DNA of 64,000 nt from an uncultured Gemmatimonadales bacterium (GTDB lineage: Bacteria > Gemmatimonadota > Gemmatimonadetes > Gemmatimonadales > Gemmatimonadaceae). Below are positions 63,686 through 64,000 of the stretch, piece by piece; the first letter of the stretch is position 1, and every line of letters begins with the position of its first letter. Under the pieces are notes generated by a model, which was not told where the DNA came from, did no database searches, and saw only the letters and a program-made list of their open reading frames with translations. Where the stretch lies: positions 32,001 to 96,000 of the forward strand of contig CAVPQB010000003.1 in NCBI GenBank assembly GCA_963707505.1. The letters are read 5' to 3'. A program made the translations under genes and the position numbers.

Positions 63686-64000
63686 CGACCGTCTCCGTAT
63701 ATGGGGTCAGCAGCCGCCGCACGTACTTCCCGATCATGTCAGCTTCAATGTGAACGCGCGCACCGCGGCGCAGATCGCCAAGAGTGGTGTGACGCAACGT
63801 GAATTCAATGAGCGATATCTGAAGAACGCGATCTGCCGGTAGAGCATTGACGGTGAGACTCACACCATCCACGGCAACGGAGCCGACTGGAACGAACGAC
63901 GCGAACATGTCGGCTGACACATCGACGTCGATTATGAGAGCATCGGCCTCACGCCGTACTTCACGTACGACACCGACCTCATCGACATGCCCCTGGACCA
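63678..64000 (-). CDS. ribE: Riboflavin synthase, 5' part outside the window
   Basis: Frame reads VQGHVD...GSVAVDGVSLTV...HTTLG..VHIEADMIGKYV from the window edge. Confidence 0.95.
   Translation of the reverse strand, partial: VQGHVDEVGVVREVRREADALIIDVDVSADMFASFVPVGSVAVDGVSLTVNALPADRVLQISLIEFTLRHTTLGDLRRGARVHIEADMIGKYVRRLLTPYTETVDA

Overview
High-GC bacterial chromosome segment; gene content and order (mannose-family PTS cluster with hprK/hpf next to metK, paired Wzi-like proteins, PEP-CTERM protein) suggest Gemmatimonadota, but this is inference. Bases 1-36.9 kb hold a large surface-polysaccharide locus: priming sugar transferase, two head-to-head Wzi-like proteins, Wzz, Wzy, Wzx, several GT4s, GDP-fucose genes and a legionaminic-acid-type nonulosonate pathway. 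That pathway comes with unusual tailoring enzymes (two FemAB/GNAT proteins, two methyltransferases, an AsnB-type amidotransferase, a deacetylase) and a candidate nonulosonate transferase. Bases 36.9-45.9 kb hold a PAS histidine kinase, a Tat-exported DsrE-like protein, two tRNA-Ser genes, a PEP-CTERM protein, tadA, clpB and small hypothetical genes. Bases 45.9-64 kb are mostly housekeeping: recO, a cobalamin-riboswitch-controlled Btu-like uptake operon, a bifunctional nuclease, metK, the PTS cluster, hprK, hpf, nusB and riboflavin genes. About 15 genes carry 1-nt frameshifts, including clpB and metK, most likely uncorrected long-read indels. Most notable observations: a CGTC-type REP dimer enclosing a 131-bp rod-like structured spacer upstream of the nuclease gene; three candidate sigma-54 promoters (priming transferase, PEP-CTERM gene, near-leaderless clpB); a nonulosonate pathway without a LegH-type acetyltransferase; a probable deletion-scar micro-ORF; and a tadA without a canonical start codon. 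No CRISPR array, rRNA, transposase or integrase was seen.
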